From contig NW_027192202.1 in assembly GCF_041956535.1 (NCBI RefSeq), forward strand, positions 386,654 through 450,653: DNA of 64,000 nt. The letters are read 5' to 3'. The notes beneath the pieces were generated by a model. The model was not told the DNA's origin, searched no databases, and saw nothing but the letters and a program-made list of their open reading frames with translations. Below, in pieces: positions 12,798 to 26,386 of this stretch. This stretch comes from Calcarisporiella thermophila CBS 279.70. Taxonomy: Eukaryota; Fungi; Calcarisporiellomycota. Each line of letters starts with the position of its first letter. The first letter of the stretch is position 1. The translations under genes were made by a program, and so were the position numbers.

Positions 12798-13725
12798 AGC
12801 GAGGGAAATCAGATTTGGTAAGGATGGAGGAGAGATAGGGGGAAAGAGTGTGGTACAGAGTTAGGAGACGACTAGTCAAGGAATGAAGAGTCTGTGTGAA
12901 AGGCGAGCGAGAAGGAATTTAATTGAATTCCTTTGATCGATTAGTTCCGACGCAAAATTAGTAACACAGAGCCGGGCCCCGGAGCTTACTTCTAGTCCAT
13001 CAATTAATTAAATAGCTTCACCCATCTCTGTACCTATCTTTCTGATTCTTCTATTAATATCCAGTATGCTCTGAGCCTCGACTTGGCGCTCTGTCTGAGA
13101 TTGAGCCTTCTCTCGTTGCGGCCACCCACACCTGTAGAAGCAAACAGCGAAGCCCTCCTATTAGCACTGTGCGGTATTGTCGATACCTTGTATCATGATT
13201 CTCCGCCGTTAGCTCCAAATGCCTTATGTCCAGCGCTGCATCCCTAGATAACAACCCAGTTAGTAGAGCTAATCATGGTGCGACAATACATGTGTTTGAC
13301 ACACCGATGAGAATATTTCAGAACTGTGTCGTGCTCTCTCAAGCTGGCACGATTCTTTTCCCAACCGTTTCAAATTCTAAGCAAGATCAGCCTTATAAAA
13401 TTGTACGCATTTTTCCTCACTAGTGACTCTGCCGAGCCTAACCGTTTCGTCTTTGAATCGTGACAGATATGTAATGCTCGTGTTCCGCCACATTTGCAAA
13501 CTGTGATCATCCCGAAGAAAGAGATATTCATTGCCTAATGCTTAACCAGTTGGGTTTCGAGAATGTCGCAGGGATTTGGTCGACTGAATAAAATTGTTTT
13601 TCAAAAGGACTGGTTATTCGTTCGCTCGAAATGCTCGAGTCCAATTGGCCTTTAAGCCATTATATCGGTCAAAATCGTTGATATTGTTCGCCACAGTGAC
13701 TTTCATTTTCAAGTAAATATTAATT

Positions 13726-13733
13726 CAGTCACA
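13726..13733 (+). promoter_or_regulatory. HomolD-like box CAGTCACA upstream of the PPR gene
   Basis: Exact S. pombe HomolD octamer 30 nt before ATG 13764. Confidence 0.45.
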
Positions 13734-13763
13734 GCTACTGTTCAGTGCAACTTCGAGACCTCA

Positions 13764-16108
13764 ATGTTACGCTTTCCACGATTGCTCTCACGCAGGCAAT
13801 CGCCGCTACCGGCAAGCTCTTTTCGAACTACTACAATATGTCCTAAATGCTCGCTTCTTGTTCGAAGAAATTATGCTACCAAAGAGAAAACGTAATTCTT
13901 TTCGTATGGAATGTATATATGAATTGATGGCTCATTTTTATTTATTAGGACCTTGGAGGAAAAATCAAGGTTGTTGGAAGTAGAGATTCGAAAACTAGAA
14001 GCAAAACTAGAGCTCGCTGGAAAGCCGGGAACAAATGTAGGTCTTATTTTTTATGATGTCTTATTTTTGATGCTTACTGGTCCCAATTTAATCTTAGGTA
14101 CAACATTCAAATCAGCCAGCTAGCGATCCTGCAGAAGTTTATAAAGCATTGACACAACCAGAGCAAATCGTCACTGCTACCAACAAAAGGCGCATACCAT
14201 CTGATTTCCTTGAAAATCTTCGAGTCTCTTTTCTTGACACTCACGCATTGCGTCCACCAGCTGATCTGACAGCTATGAGCGCAGATGCAGGTCTTGACGA
14301 GATTAAAACTGCACTAATTGAAGAATCCTCGAATGTATCTTCTTCGCCCTCTGCTAGTGTTGATATACAGCAATTTCACAAACTCATCTATGCTAATTCT
14401 CTTGCAAAACGGCCAAAAGAGGCAGAAGAGGCGCTGTCTCTAATGGTAGAGTTTGGGCTCCAGCCGGACGCACGAGCTTATTCACATCTTCTCGATGCCT
14501 ATGCAAATGCTCACGATACAAAAGGCGCTTTCGATGTCTTTCGGCGTATGTGTGATGCTGGATTCGTGCCTGATACCCACACGTATGGGGGATTGATCAA
14601 GGTGCTTCTCAAGGACCAAAGACTGGATGATGCTTTCCGTATATATGAAAGGATGAAGCGCGAGAAAGTTGAAGCCACCCAACCCATTTTTGATATGCTT
14701 GTCAGAGGATGCATTGCAAACGGAGATTTGCATCGAGCTTGGAAGACTTTTGATCATATGCGTTTAGAGGTATGCCAGCCAGACGTGGTGATGTATACGA
14801 ACATGATTGTCGCATGCGCAGAGGTAAGCGGTTTCTAAACAATTATTTTTAAAAAGGTTTTTTATACATATTTTAATTTAAAAAAAAATACTCTCATAGA
14901 ATCAAGAAGTTGAGCGTGCCCTTAACCTATTCACTGAAATGACGACTACTTATAATTTAACACCTACTGATGTGACCTTTAATGCCCTTATACACGCTTG
15001 TGCCAAACGTAAAGACTACTTTCAGGACGCATTCAACTTGCTACGCCAAATGGAATCCCATGGTTTTCGCCCTGATACATACACGTTTAACTCACTATTA
15101 AGTGCATGCACCAGATGTGGTGCATTGCATCTTGCTCGAAAAGTGTTTGCGGACATGGTAAAGAGAGTAAATGAGGGCGACGAAAGGGCAATGCCCAATG
15201 AAGTAACCTGGACCTCATTGCTTTACAACTACGCCTACTATCGTCCCTCTAAAACACGCCCATCATCGCAGGAGGACACACCAAAGAAGTCGGGGGGTGA
15301 GGGAAAGTTGGGCCTCGCTCTGCAATCTGAAGCACATCCACTTTTAAATTTGGTACCCCATACTCAAGCTGAAGTTCTCGCAGAAGCCCGTGCTATTTTC
15401 GCGCATATCGTTTCGTTAAGCTCGCTTCCTGAGAAGGATCTGAATCATCTCAAACTAACTACTTGGCTTTTGAATGCATATATCACCGTTTTTGCATCAC
15501 ATGATCGCCAGGAAGCATTTCGTATTTTCGAAGACCAGTTTGCGCAATTTGGTTTGGAGCCAGATGGCCATACATGTGTCAGGGTGCTGCAGGCGTGTTA
15601 CGAAGAGCGGGACGTAGATATGGCTTGGAAAGTGTGGGGAAAATACCAAGATTGGTGGCAGGAGACACAAGAACAAACGCACGAGGATGGTGTTGAGGGT
15701 AGAGGGTCTGCTGTGCAGCTCAAGGGAGGAATTAGGGAGGATCAAGCTCGCCGAATCCAGTATGATGCCTATCGTTGGATGATTAATACCCTTGCAGTTG
15801 GAAACGAATTGACTCGCGCAGTAAGGCTACTTTCTACTTTGTCCCACAGTATGGCTGACTGGCCCTCCCGCCGGGTCAAATCTCCCGTCAATCTCCCTAG
15901 CCATCCCTTACTCTCCGACTTCAAAACACTCTATGTCAAAAGCGTTCAATTGGAAGATAGAGCTTCACGTGCCGCAATACTCAAGCTATGTCCGCCGGTG
16001 AAAGATGAGGTGGCCAATACTCTCAGGAAAAAATGGACGGGTGGAAAGGGGAAGAAGTTTGCGGTGGGAGACAAAACTAGAAAGCGTGTGATAAAAGATG
16101 GGGCGTGA
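13764..16108 (+). CDS. Mitochondrial pentatricopeptide-repeat protein (CCM1-like), multi-exon
   Basis: Arg/Ser/Leu-rich N-terminus (MLRFPRLLSRRQS...RRNYA) and tandem 35-aa PPR motifs (PDARAYSHLLDAYA, PDTHTYGGLI, PTDVTFNALIHACA, PDTYTFNSLLSAC). Confidence 0.88.
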
Positions 16109-16199
16109 GCCTATCCCTTTTGCATTTGTATATCTGTTTATATAATCCAGCAATGATTTTACAAATTGTAAAATTTATTGAAATACAACGGATTTTTTC

Positions 16200-17275
16200 C
16201 TATGATTTCAAGTCAAGCTGCACGTTCATGATTCCAGAGACCGAATTGAAAATCTTGATTCCTCTTCCCTCCTATTTTTTGGAGAGTAAGTCACCAAAGA
16301 TGGGATGAAGAAGGAATGTAAAAAAAAAAATATACCTTTGAAGCCTTGGCTAATTCTACTACTGTTACAATTCCACACTGGATTTCTCCCTTCTCCAACA
16401 ATTCCGAGCGCATTGTTCCCGCCAAACAACCTTCATATAAAGCCATAAATTAACAGCCCTCCCCCCACCCCCCTTTACGAACATAGATTGTTTCCAACTT
16501 ACCACACTCAACCGATGGAGTTATCCATGTCCCATCCTCCATCTCTACTGCGATATTGCAAATGGATGTCTCGGTTATCTCTCCGCGTTCGTTATAAAGG
16601 ACTACATCTTGATACGTTGCCGGAACATCTTACCCCCCCCCCAAAAAAAAAAAATTAAGTGTATTAAAGACATATGAAACGTGCCACCGAAGAGTAAATA
16701 TTTACCAGCTCTTGCGCGTGCTCTTTCATAGTAGGGTCGATGGGTTGTCTTGTGACGAAGGAAGATATCTTCGCTCGAGACAGGTTGTGTATCGAGAACT
16801 ATAGTTGGATCTATGTGCACATTCTTAGGGGTTATCATTCATTCGATCCAGCGGCATTGAGAGATGTGTACCTGTCCGTGCATTCGCTATTAATGGGTAC
16901 GCTTCAACTATCAGGCCACCAGTTTTATCCACTAAGACTCTGACCTATAAAATTATAATCAATGATCTTGTAACGTGGCGAAATCCACACTGTTACATCT
17001 ATTGCAGACCTTTTGGGGTATATCACCATGCTGTTTAACTCTCTCTTGCATCTCTTTCTCAATTTTGTTGGAAGAAGGTGCGTTTATCTCGAAAAATTGG
17101 GCAGAAGCCAGAAGTCGGTTAAAGTGGCGATCGAGAAGATAGAAGCCTAATGAGAAAACCAGTTAAATTTATAGAGAGACTTCTACTTTCCAAGAGCGAT
17201 GGACACTCTACCTTTGCCTGGCTCGTAGAGTATTGTCTCTAGTAGTTTGAAATCGATTGTTTTGCTCGTTGGCAT
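16200..17275 (-). CDS. ABZ2: Aminodeoxychorismate lyase / class IV PLP-dependent aminotransferase (ABZ2-like), multi-exon
   Basis: Spliced translation gives FKLLETILY..GFYLLDRHFNRL, FLRHKTTHRPYYERAR, GEITETSI.NIAV, GTMRSELL and IKIFNSV. Confidence 0.8.
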
Positions 17276-17527
17276 TTCAAAATGTCAATATTTCTTCCTC
17301 ACCTGGTCTCACTACTATATATTGTCCCAGAATGGTCCTATTTCAGAAGCAATGTCCCAATGATTTGATTCAATATTCGATCCACAATAGTCCTCACTAT
17401 AGTTTTCAAAAAGGGGCCATTTGAAAAACACATTATATATTTTATATTTTGTAAATTAAATATCATACAAGGATTATATTGAAATTTTAGAACAGAGTGG
17501 GGTAGTATAGTTTATAGAGTTTAGAGA

Positions 17528-19211
17528 TCATTTGCCTTCGTTTTCTAGCAACCCCATTTCTAGCTCTTCTTCGAATTCACCGCCATTGAACGACTCAGAG
17601 GCGGATATTATGGTTGTTTCCTTGGTCTGATGCCTTGTGATCCTTCCCATCTCTCGTTTCGCCAGCTCTTCAGCATTTTTTCCGCTATGTTGCCATAGGG
17701 AAATAAGCCCATGGGTATACAAGAAGGTAATAAACGCGAACGAGATCAGCACATTCGCATAAGAGGACACATCCACCATCATATCCTCAAAGGTATGAAC
17801 TTGCTCTTCATTGGCGCCCATGAACATATACCCAGCAAGTATAAGCAACTGAGTGGCAGAAAAAATACAAAGGATGAGCGAGTGGATTCTAGAAAGTAAT
17901 TGAAATATGAAAAGCTTACAAAGGGGGGTAGGTGCTGGAATGGATGGATGCTATCCGAAGTATCTTCTCTTTTGACGACAAAGCATATCTCAACAATACG
18001 AGCCAGTGCTCCAAAACTGAGAACGTATCCGAACAAACTATGAAGCTTCAGTGAGTATTCACTATGTTGTGCGTGGCCAACCATACTGTATCCAGTAAAG
18101 ATAATGACAATCGCAGGTATGATACTGCGATTACCGCGGCGCGACAGGAATATTCCTGCTAGACCTCCAGCCCACCAAAGGATTCCAAGGGAAGTATCTA
18201 ATTGTATCAAAGTCCGGAAGAGTCAAATTCAATCATCTCAATAGGCTAGAAAAGTGAGCTTATATACGTTGCATGTCTCCATGGCTCCACGGCTCTTGGT
18301 TCCATCTATGCTCCGTGAAAGTATTCACTATTCCCCACTAAAGCAAATATAGACGAGGCATTCAATTACATTTAACAGGAGTTCTTAGGACTATTATAAT
18401 CATACCAGCATGATAACCCAGCTATCATACCACTCAGGAGATTTATTTTTCCGCCTCAACCACGGCCCTCCAACACGCAAAAGAAGGATCATGATAACAC
18501 CGTAGGCTATAAAACTGCTTCCCATAATAAAATGTGCAAGACATTGACCGAAGTGATCTATCCATTAAAAAGTTTAGAGCAACAAGAAAACTTCCATTAT
18601 CTATCTGTGAAATGTCACCTTCGTAGCAAAAGCCAACACTCGTGATCACTCCAAGCACTATTTGGGTATATCCAACTATCGGAAACGCCTTTCCAAATAG
18701 ACTATGCGCAAATTTGACGGTAGGTCTAAGTAGCTTGACATGGATCCATTTTTCACCTCTTTCCAAGTGCAATTTCAAATAGATCCCAAAGATTACTTGG
18801 GCCCCTAGAATCCAAATAAGTATACCGCCAAAGGATGAATGAGCTCCCTCTCGGAATTGCCGGCCTCCATGCATATGGCCTAAGAAAATTCCAATTGCTG
18901 TCAAAGCGGTGCCGGCTATTTGGAGAGGGACGTGCCAACGCGAACGGGTCAATCCTAATATCATCCCTAGTGGAAACACAAAAGCCCAAGCAAGAATTTG
19001 TACTATGATGTGAGCTATCAAAATCCCGTCCACGGGGTCCGAGCTACAATACAGAATTCAAAAGGCAATTTAGAAGGATGGCCGAAGTCAGTTCGATCCG
19101 CTTATTAGTCATCTTCACCAACCTGACGTTAAGGTCGCCCAACATATCATCATGATGCTCATGAGCTATAGTAACGGGCAAAATTATAAGTAATAGGAGG
19201 AGGTATAACAT
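17528..19211 (-). CDS. YTP1: Ytp1-family polytopic membrane protein, multi-exon
   Basis: Signal peptide followed by HEHHDD; FPLGMILGLTRSRWHVPLQ, LGHMHGGRQF, WWAGGLAGI, ARIVEICF and FMGANEEQ. Confidence 0.88.
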
Positions 19212-19529
19212 CGTCAGTTTTGGTATCATAATGTGGATCAATAGGCTTATAAAACACCATAGAGGACGCTTATGACAAATCTGGTTAAATGTAGTTTCAG
19301 ATTTTAAAGTGACTGTGAATGGCTTGGAGACTTCTCCTGAATCGTATATTATGCTACCCATACTACAAGTGTTCCTGGAAAAAATGGAGAAATGAAACAC
19401 ACGCTATTAAAAAAAAATGAAAATTATATATTCATATGCATACAATGAGAAGAGATAAATCCAGTCTAACTCTTAATAAATAAAATGGTTGGTATTTCTA
19501 GATTCTATTGAAGAAGTGAGGAGGGTTTT

Positions 19530-20833
19530 CTACCATGATAGCATTTGGCTCTTTGGAGAGTGCCAAACACTGTTTTGCATATGTCCACGGTAAAGCTCAC
19601 GAATCACTTTGCCATGGAGAATGGTCTGTTCCACAATCGACTCTACGTGACAAGGGGTGACGCGACCATACCAGATCCCACGTTTGCCTCCTTGTGTATA
19701 CACAATAACATTACCTGCAAATTTATGCCCTATGATCAGATAAGCAAGAGAGTTAAATTACAAGATGTTTGAACAAGTATTTAAAGATTGATCAGATTAC
19801 CTCCAATATGGCTAACCATGTATACGACTGCTCCCTTTTGCTCTTCATGCATATCATCCAACAGAAGTATGTCTCCAGCCTCAATTTTGTTTTTGGATTT
19901 TAAATAACGACTATTGTCAAAACCAACGCAAAATTTCCCGTAGGAGCTGAGAACTTTCTCGAACTCATCTCGCAGAGGGGGTGCCGTAACTCCACAGCGC
20001 TTGTCTCGTCTACGGTGCGAACATATGAGAGTGACGGCATCATAGGGGATCCGACGTATTTCAAACAATGTACCATCTATCCTTTTAACATCTCCAATAT
20101 CATCCAGCATATCATAGCCATTCCCATTCACAAAACCGTCCCCTCTATCCAGCTGGATTCTTCCTTTTTCAGGATTTGAGACTGTTGGTAATGGACGGGT
20201 CAAGAAAGTTTCGTAGAAAACCTGGGCATCCGATGGTCTAACGTTTGATACTAGAATATTATCCGGCATTAAAAGGACATCGCATCCGTCTTCAATCGTA
20301 GAATACACGTTGCGGCGACTAATGTTCGTTATTAATATACACATATTCTCCGGTCTCTCTATATATCCTTTCTCCTGCTTAAGTTTGGCTAACTTTTCCT
20401 TGGTCTCTTTGTCAACTTTTGTGAGCTTCGATGCTAGGGACTGAGTGTCGTCCTCCAGAATCTCAACCCAATCTGTCTGACCAGTTGAAATCATGACTTG
20501 TCTAACATAGGGTTTCACTGACCCAGCCAATTGTGATTCTATGTCGATTTTTAGATAAGACGGATAATTCGAATGAACATAACAATGTTCCAGCTCTGGA
20601 CAGGTCCAGCACGGATCCTCAAATAATTCTTCGGGTACCTGAGAAATGGAAGGATTATCAGGCTTTTCGTTTAGTTGTACGGGGGGAGGAGAGGGAGAGG
20701 GAGTAAGCATTAGATCGGCGGCAGAGAAATAATTATCGTTGCCGCTGTCTGAAGAGGGGGGAGTGGGAGGATTGCTCCTTGTAGGAGTGAGAGATCCAAG
20801 ATTAGAAAAAATAGATTTAATGAATTCACTCAT
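19530..20833 (-). CDS. APD1: Sucrase/ferredoxin-like 2Fe-2S protein (Apd1/Aim32 family), 2 exons
   Basis: ICSHRRRDKRCG and, across an intron, SHIGG/HKFAGNVIVY...IWYGRVTP (Cys2-His2 ligand set). Confidence 0.9.
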
Positions 20834-21340
20834 TGTTTATAGTAAAAAGGGCATCTGAAGAAGAATGTGGAGAATGAGAAGGGTCCGAATTATAGGGGAA
20901 ATTGGATGAATTACAAATGTCAAAGAAAGATGAAGTGGTTGCAGATATTAAAGAAAAGGTGGTGGGAAATTTCCGAAAACATCGGATTTTTGAATGAAAG
21001 AGTAAATAATCAGATCATAATTTTGTTTTCCATTTGGAAAGCTTTAAGTTTTGCCGTGTATGACAGCGCATTAAGGTTGCTGGATTTAAACGAATTATCG
21101 AAGGCGTCATATTCGATATATTCCTATTCATTTGGCGGTTTATCGTGTTTAGCTTCTTACGTATTCGGCGCTAACCTAGCGCGGGGTAAAGCTCAGAGTG
21201 CGGAGAACAAGAACAGTATATTAAACAACATAGGACCGCAAATATCTTAATCAATCTAATTAGCGGGATGGCCTAAAATTACAATTACTCCTGCCGCGTG
21301 ATTTACATTAACTATAACGCTAAAGAAATGCTATAAGTTG

Positions 21341-21631
21341 TTAAAGACAAATTTTCCAGCAACATATCATGGAGATTCCGATAAGGACCACCACCACCAC
21401 TAGGATCGCAATAAGCGCATTCTTGCTTATTCCTCCAACCCGGTCAGAGCCATCTCCTCCTTGGTTTGGTTTTACTGGATTAGTGGATGTTCCGCCCGGT
21501 GATAGACCCGTTGAGGTAGAGATGATGGATACATCGGTTATAGCATTCTGGCGGGGATAAAAACGTGCAGATGCAATGTGAACAATGAGAAGAAATATTA
21601 AAAGAGAAAGAAAAATATATTGGGGCTTCAT
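21341..21631 (-). CDS. Small secreted-pathway type I membrane protein, unknown function (96 aa)
   Basis: Hydrophobic signal peptide, S/T/G-rich stalk, one TM helix (ALIAILVVVVVLIGISMI) and juxtamembrane CC. Confidence 0.65.
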   Translation of the reverse strand: MKPQYIFLSLLIFLLIVHIASARFYPRQNAITDVSIISTSTGLSPGGTSTNPVKPNQGGDGSDRVGGISKNALIAILVVVVVLIGISMICCWKICL

Positions 21632-21981
21632 GGAATAACAGATGATATAGAACGGGAATTGAGCTGATTTATAAAATGCAATTGAGTGCTATTCAGTTAG
21701 GTTACAAGAGTTGGTTATACGTTCGTAATGATTGTAATTAGAATGCAATTGTCTGAAAATTGGTGAATTTGATGACACGATCCAGTTGTGGAGTTGAGCA
21801 AGTCACCGCAGCTCAATTTGTGTAAAATAAGAGACAAATCGAAACAGATTGCTCCATGCTACAGAATAGGGTGCTCTCTCCAACACATCTCACAAGTACG
21901 TCAAATTTTCAATCAGTTCACGAGTACATTAAAATGGATATATTTCTCATATAAACAGTTTAATAAGCAAAAGTCTCCATA

Positions 21982-24807
21982 CTATTCTCGCTGATATTCC
22001 AAGAGTGCTTGGGCCATTTTCCGTACTTTTGGATTGTAATGTGTCTACGGTTAGAGGGTTAGAAAAGCTTAGTGTCCAGCCAAGTTTTTATAGAGAAAAG
22101 CGTAAAAATAGTACCTGCAATAGCATCAGCTCCCACAGACTCGTTGCAAAAGGGTTGCATAGCTCTGGGTCATCCACATAAGGGAGATATGTGCCTCCAC
22201 TCGCAACTTCCTCCGAGCACAGCAACACATCCAATTTTGGGTGTTTCTAAAGAAGTAGTGGGTTAGATCTTCTCTTAGTAATACACAACATAAGCATAAG
22301 CTAGATATCGAACCATCACAAGCCGTTTTATCAATCCCAAACAGCTCACCACAGTTTTTCCAGGCATTTGCAAGCAAGCAGTGGCCATTCTCTTAGTGAA
22401 AGCTGCCGTTCTTTCTACAGGCACTCGGTATTTTTGGAAAAACATCATTTCTATCTCCTTGGCCAAAAGTTCTCGCTCACTCGCTACTCGGTGTTCATGG
22501 CGACTCTCTAGCCCAGCTTCTACCATGTTGGCTGCGGGAGGTGTTTCTATATGGGGGTTGAGGCATAGAGGGAGTAGCGTTGCATAGAGCTGGCGATAAA
22601 AATCTTGGAGATCTAGATCTAGAGAACGAGCCTGGCCGGATAGTAGCTGGAAAGCAGTTAGAATGCAGAGCAGACTTCGCCGAGTATCAACCCCGTTTGT
22701 ATCATTATCCTCGTCTTCATTCATCGAGGCGCTCTCGCCCTTTTCAGTATGCTTGGTGTTCGCTCCGATCATGATTTTCTTCAGTATTTCAAGGAGGTCT
22801 CCGAAAAAGTCCACACTGATCAGGTGAGCAAATCTAAATAAACCGTGGGACATTATTGATCAGTCAAAAACTCCAATAAAAATGTTGGTTTATACTAACG
22901 TTGCTAGGCCTTCTAACACGGTGGGTAAAAGCGGCGACATGCTCTTTGTATTTTTTAAAACACGGAAATAGGTGATGAACACAAGCTTGAGTGTCTCAGA
23001 ATGCTATAGTAGATTGAGCGTAAATATAAAAGAACATGCACTAAAGCAATAGAATCGTTCTGCCTACTCTTTTTTCTCTCTCCTCCTTATCCACTACGGC
23101 TTCGGCTTCGCGCATCTCCTTCTGAATCTCCATTCTTTCTTTCTCGAGCTTCTTCTGTTTTCGTGTCATATGTGGACGTTTGCGCTTCTTTCCACGCTTT
23201 TCACTCTCATCATTTTCTCCATCTTGCACATGCTTGGGGTTCAATTCGTCACGCAGACGTAGATGCAAAAATGTGTTCAGAACTTGCTCATGTATTCCAT
23301 AATTTTTTGCTTTGGCCATTTTCGAAATGAGTTTGACAGCATCAAGTGATGCCTCACCAGACTCATCTGACTTAAAAACATCGATAATGGCATCACAGCA
23401 CCTTGCAGCAACCTAAACGATTTGCGTCATTAGTATTAATAATCAAAATTAAAAACAATATTATTTATCCCTAATCATAAACTTACTTTGTTCCACCGTC
23501 GCACACTCATCCGAGCGATTACCGCCGACATCAAGTTAAGGCGAAAGTTGAAATGCGGCTTTTCCGTAAGTAGCGTGCACATGCACTCAATCGCCACAGA
23601 CGCATCATCCGATTTGATAGGTTCATTCAATGTTTTCTCGACTCCATTCTCTTTATCTTTAAGCTTGGATTTTGCATTTTTAAGTTCATTTTCTAATTGT
23701 TGCAGATAGGTCTGATAATTTGATAGGAGAGTCTGCTCAAACGCTCGAAGTTTCTTTACTTCTTTCGAAACCTACACAAGATGAATAAAAGATTAAGCAC
23801 AATCAAAGAATAAAAATAGGTCTGTTTATACCTTTTCAGCCTTCTCTTTTTCTGTAAGCTGTCGTATCCGATATCCGGGTATAATGTCCTTGTAAACCGC
23901 TAACTGCGTCAATAATGCGAGCTTCTTGATTTTTGGATTCATATCCTGGGATATCTCTCGCAAGTTCTTCAATTGACCGATCTATCCAAAATAAAGAACC
24001 TTACTATCAATACCAAGAGTGGAATTCGGTTGAATAAACTTATCGATTACATTATTTTCCGGATCTTCCATTATTGCTTGAGCAATAGCTGCTAGTTCCT
24101 CCTTCTTCTTCACTATATACTCTTTCATTGACATTGGTTTCTCGTGTTCTTCAGAAGCTTCGTGCTCCTGCAGCTCACTTTCAAACTCCATTTCGTCATC
24201 TTCATCCACCTCCTCTTCATCCGTAGCATCGCTCACATCTCTATCAACGACCTCTGCTTCATTTTCTTCTTCATCTCCTTCAGGCACTACGATTCGTCCA
24301 CTCGCTAATTTGATAGGTAATCGCTTTGAGTCCTTTTTTGGCTCCCAATCTCCCACCCTTCGAGGCTGTATTTCGTATTCCTGCTCTTCATCAGAATCAC
24401 TATCAAAGTATCCTGTATCTCTATCATTCTCCCTCTCTTCCTCCTCTTCCTCATCCTCAGATGAATCGCTTAAAGCTACCGCGGAAAGATCGGTGCTACT
24501 CTTTGCTTTCGCCACTGAGGGTTTTTTAGCCCTTGTAATTTCGTTTTTGTGCAAAGAGACAGGGTCCAGCCGATTGAGAAATCCTGTAAAGTCACCATGC
24601 TCACGAAAGAACTCTAGATCCTCTTCATTTAGCTCGACATCTTCCTCAGGATTATTCTGAGGATGCTCTATCAACTTGGGAACTTTGACATCCTAGTAAA
24701 TAGTAATCTTAAGTTTATCAAAACTAAAATAAGAAATGAAAAATATCAACCTTTTGTTGCTTCTTAGCCTTGTTCTTTTTTGGGTTGAATTTGGTCTTGG
24801 GAGGCAT
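21982..24807 (-). CDS. NOC3: Nucleolar complex protein 3 (CBF/Mak21 family), multi-exon
   Basis: Acidic N-terminus with YEIQPR and [54 protein letters not shown] and THYNPKVR. Confidence 0.93.
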
Positions 24808-24905
24808 GACGATCTAGGTATTGGTACCCAAAATGCTAAGAAGGGACATATTTTGTGATTAAGTGGCTCAGCGAGTAAACAAATATAAATGACTGTCGAA
24901 TTTAA

Positions 24906-24913
24906 CAGTCACA
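24906..24913 (+). promoter_or_regulatory. HomolD-like box CAGTCACA in the NOC3/PET8 bidirectional promoter
   Basis: Exact octamer within the 160-nt divergent intergenic region. Confidence 0.5.
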
Positions 24914-24967
24914 CTAATATCGAACGACAATTTCGATACTTGTTGTTTTGCTCGAAAAGGTGGAAAA

Positions 24968-26270
24968 ATGGCTTCCGTAGACGTCAAAGTCTCGAGAAGC
25001 CCCCTAGCACGAAACGAGCATAAGACGGGATATGTTGGGAGCTGGAAGCAAGCGTTTGTGGTAACTATATTTTATTTCAATTTATATAATCTTACTCCAG
25101 TTGCATGTCACCATAAATTATTTAAACATTTTAATAATCGCATAGGCTGGAGCTATCTCGGGCACAGCAGTAGATACCGTACTATTTCCATTGGATACCA
25201 TTAAGACACGCTTACAATCACAGGCAGGCTTCGCTGCTGCGGGTGGATTCAGAGGAATTTATTCAGGTTTATTATCTGCCGTAATTGGGAGCGCGCCAAA
25301 CGGTAAAAATTCGTTTTGCATCCCTTGCTTTAGTTAAATTAGAGGTTCTAAATCGTCTTGTTTTTGGATGAAGCGGCCGCATTTTTTGTGACGTATGAAA
25401 GTATTAAACGACTGCTAGGTGATAATGTTAGCGGGAATTATGCTCCTGCCGTTCATATGGCCGCCGCCTCTTGTGGTGAAATTGTAAGCTTTTGGCAATT
25501 ATTGCTCTTCATTTCTTTATCCAATATAATGGATATTGGTTGGGAATAATTAGGCTGCATGTTTGATCAGAGTTCCAACTGAAGTTATTAAACAGCGGAT
25601 GCAAGCGAAACAATTCCGAACGACCAGTGACGCTGTCAATGCGGTCTTTCGAAATGAAGGTGTATTAGGATTTTACCGTGGGTATTTAAGCACAGTTTTT
25701 CGAGAAGTATGATTGCATACAAATAGCTACAAGAAGAGTTCTTCAATTTATTATGTGTATTCACCTATTGCATTATTTTAAGATCCCGTTCACTTGCGTG
25801 CAATTTCCGCTCTATGAATATCTCAAGGTCCTTCATTTGATTTGAACTATACGATCTTACACTCACCCACATGCCTTTACAGCTATCTTATGCCGAGCTA
25901 AGGCAGCGTCGGATTGAACCTGCTGAAGCAGCCGTTTGCGGTTCTATTGCTGGAGGATTTGCCGCAGCAGTCACAACCCCGCTAGATGTAGTGAAAACAA
26001 GAGTGATGCTCTCCCACAAAGTAAGACAACTCTAAAACGTGGATAATCTTTGGCTAATATTTTTTTTCTCCCCCTTTGCAGGATGCAACGTACAAGAAAT
26101 ATAATGGTATTGGAAATACTTTCCGCCGCATTATTGCAGAAGAGGGCTTCCTTGTGTTGTTCTCTGGAATTGGGCCACGTGTGTTATGGATATCAATTGG
26201 AGGAAGTATATTCTTGGGCGTTTATGAACAAGTGAAAAAGGTGTTAGTATCCGAGGAAATACTTGTATAA
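24968..26270 (+). CDS. PET8: Mitochondrial S-adenosylmethionine carrier, multi-exon
   Basis: FPLDTIKTRLQ, IRVPTEVIKQRMQ, REIPFTCVQFPLYE, TTPLDVVKTRVML and GIGPRVLWISIGGSIFLGVYE. Confidence 0.92.
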
Positions 26271-26386
26271 AAATAATAGAATATCGAGCTGAATAAACGA
26301 AAATAAGCCACCATTTTGGAAATAGCTCGAAATTTACTTCATTGCACTTTTTTTTTTTTGCTTCAAGTTAATATTTTTGTGAAATT

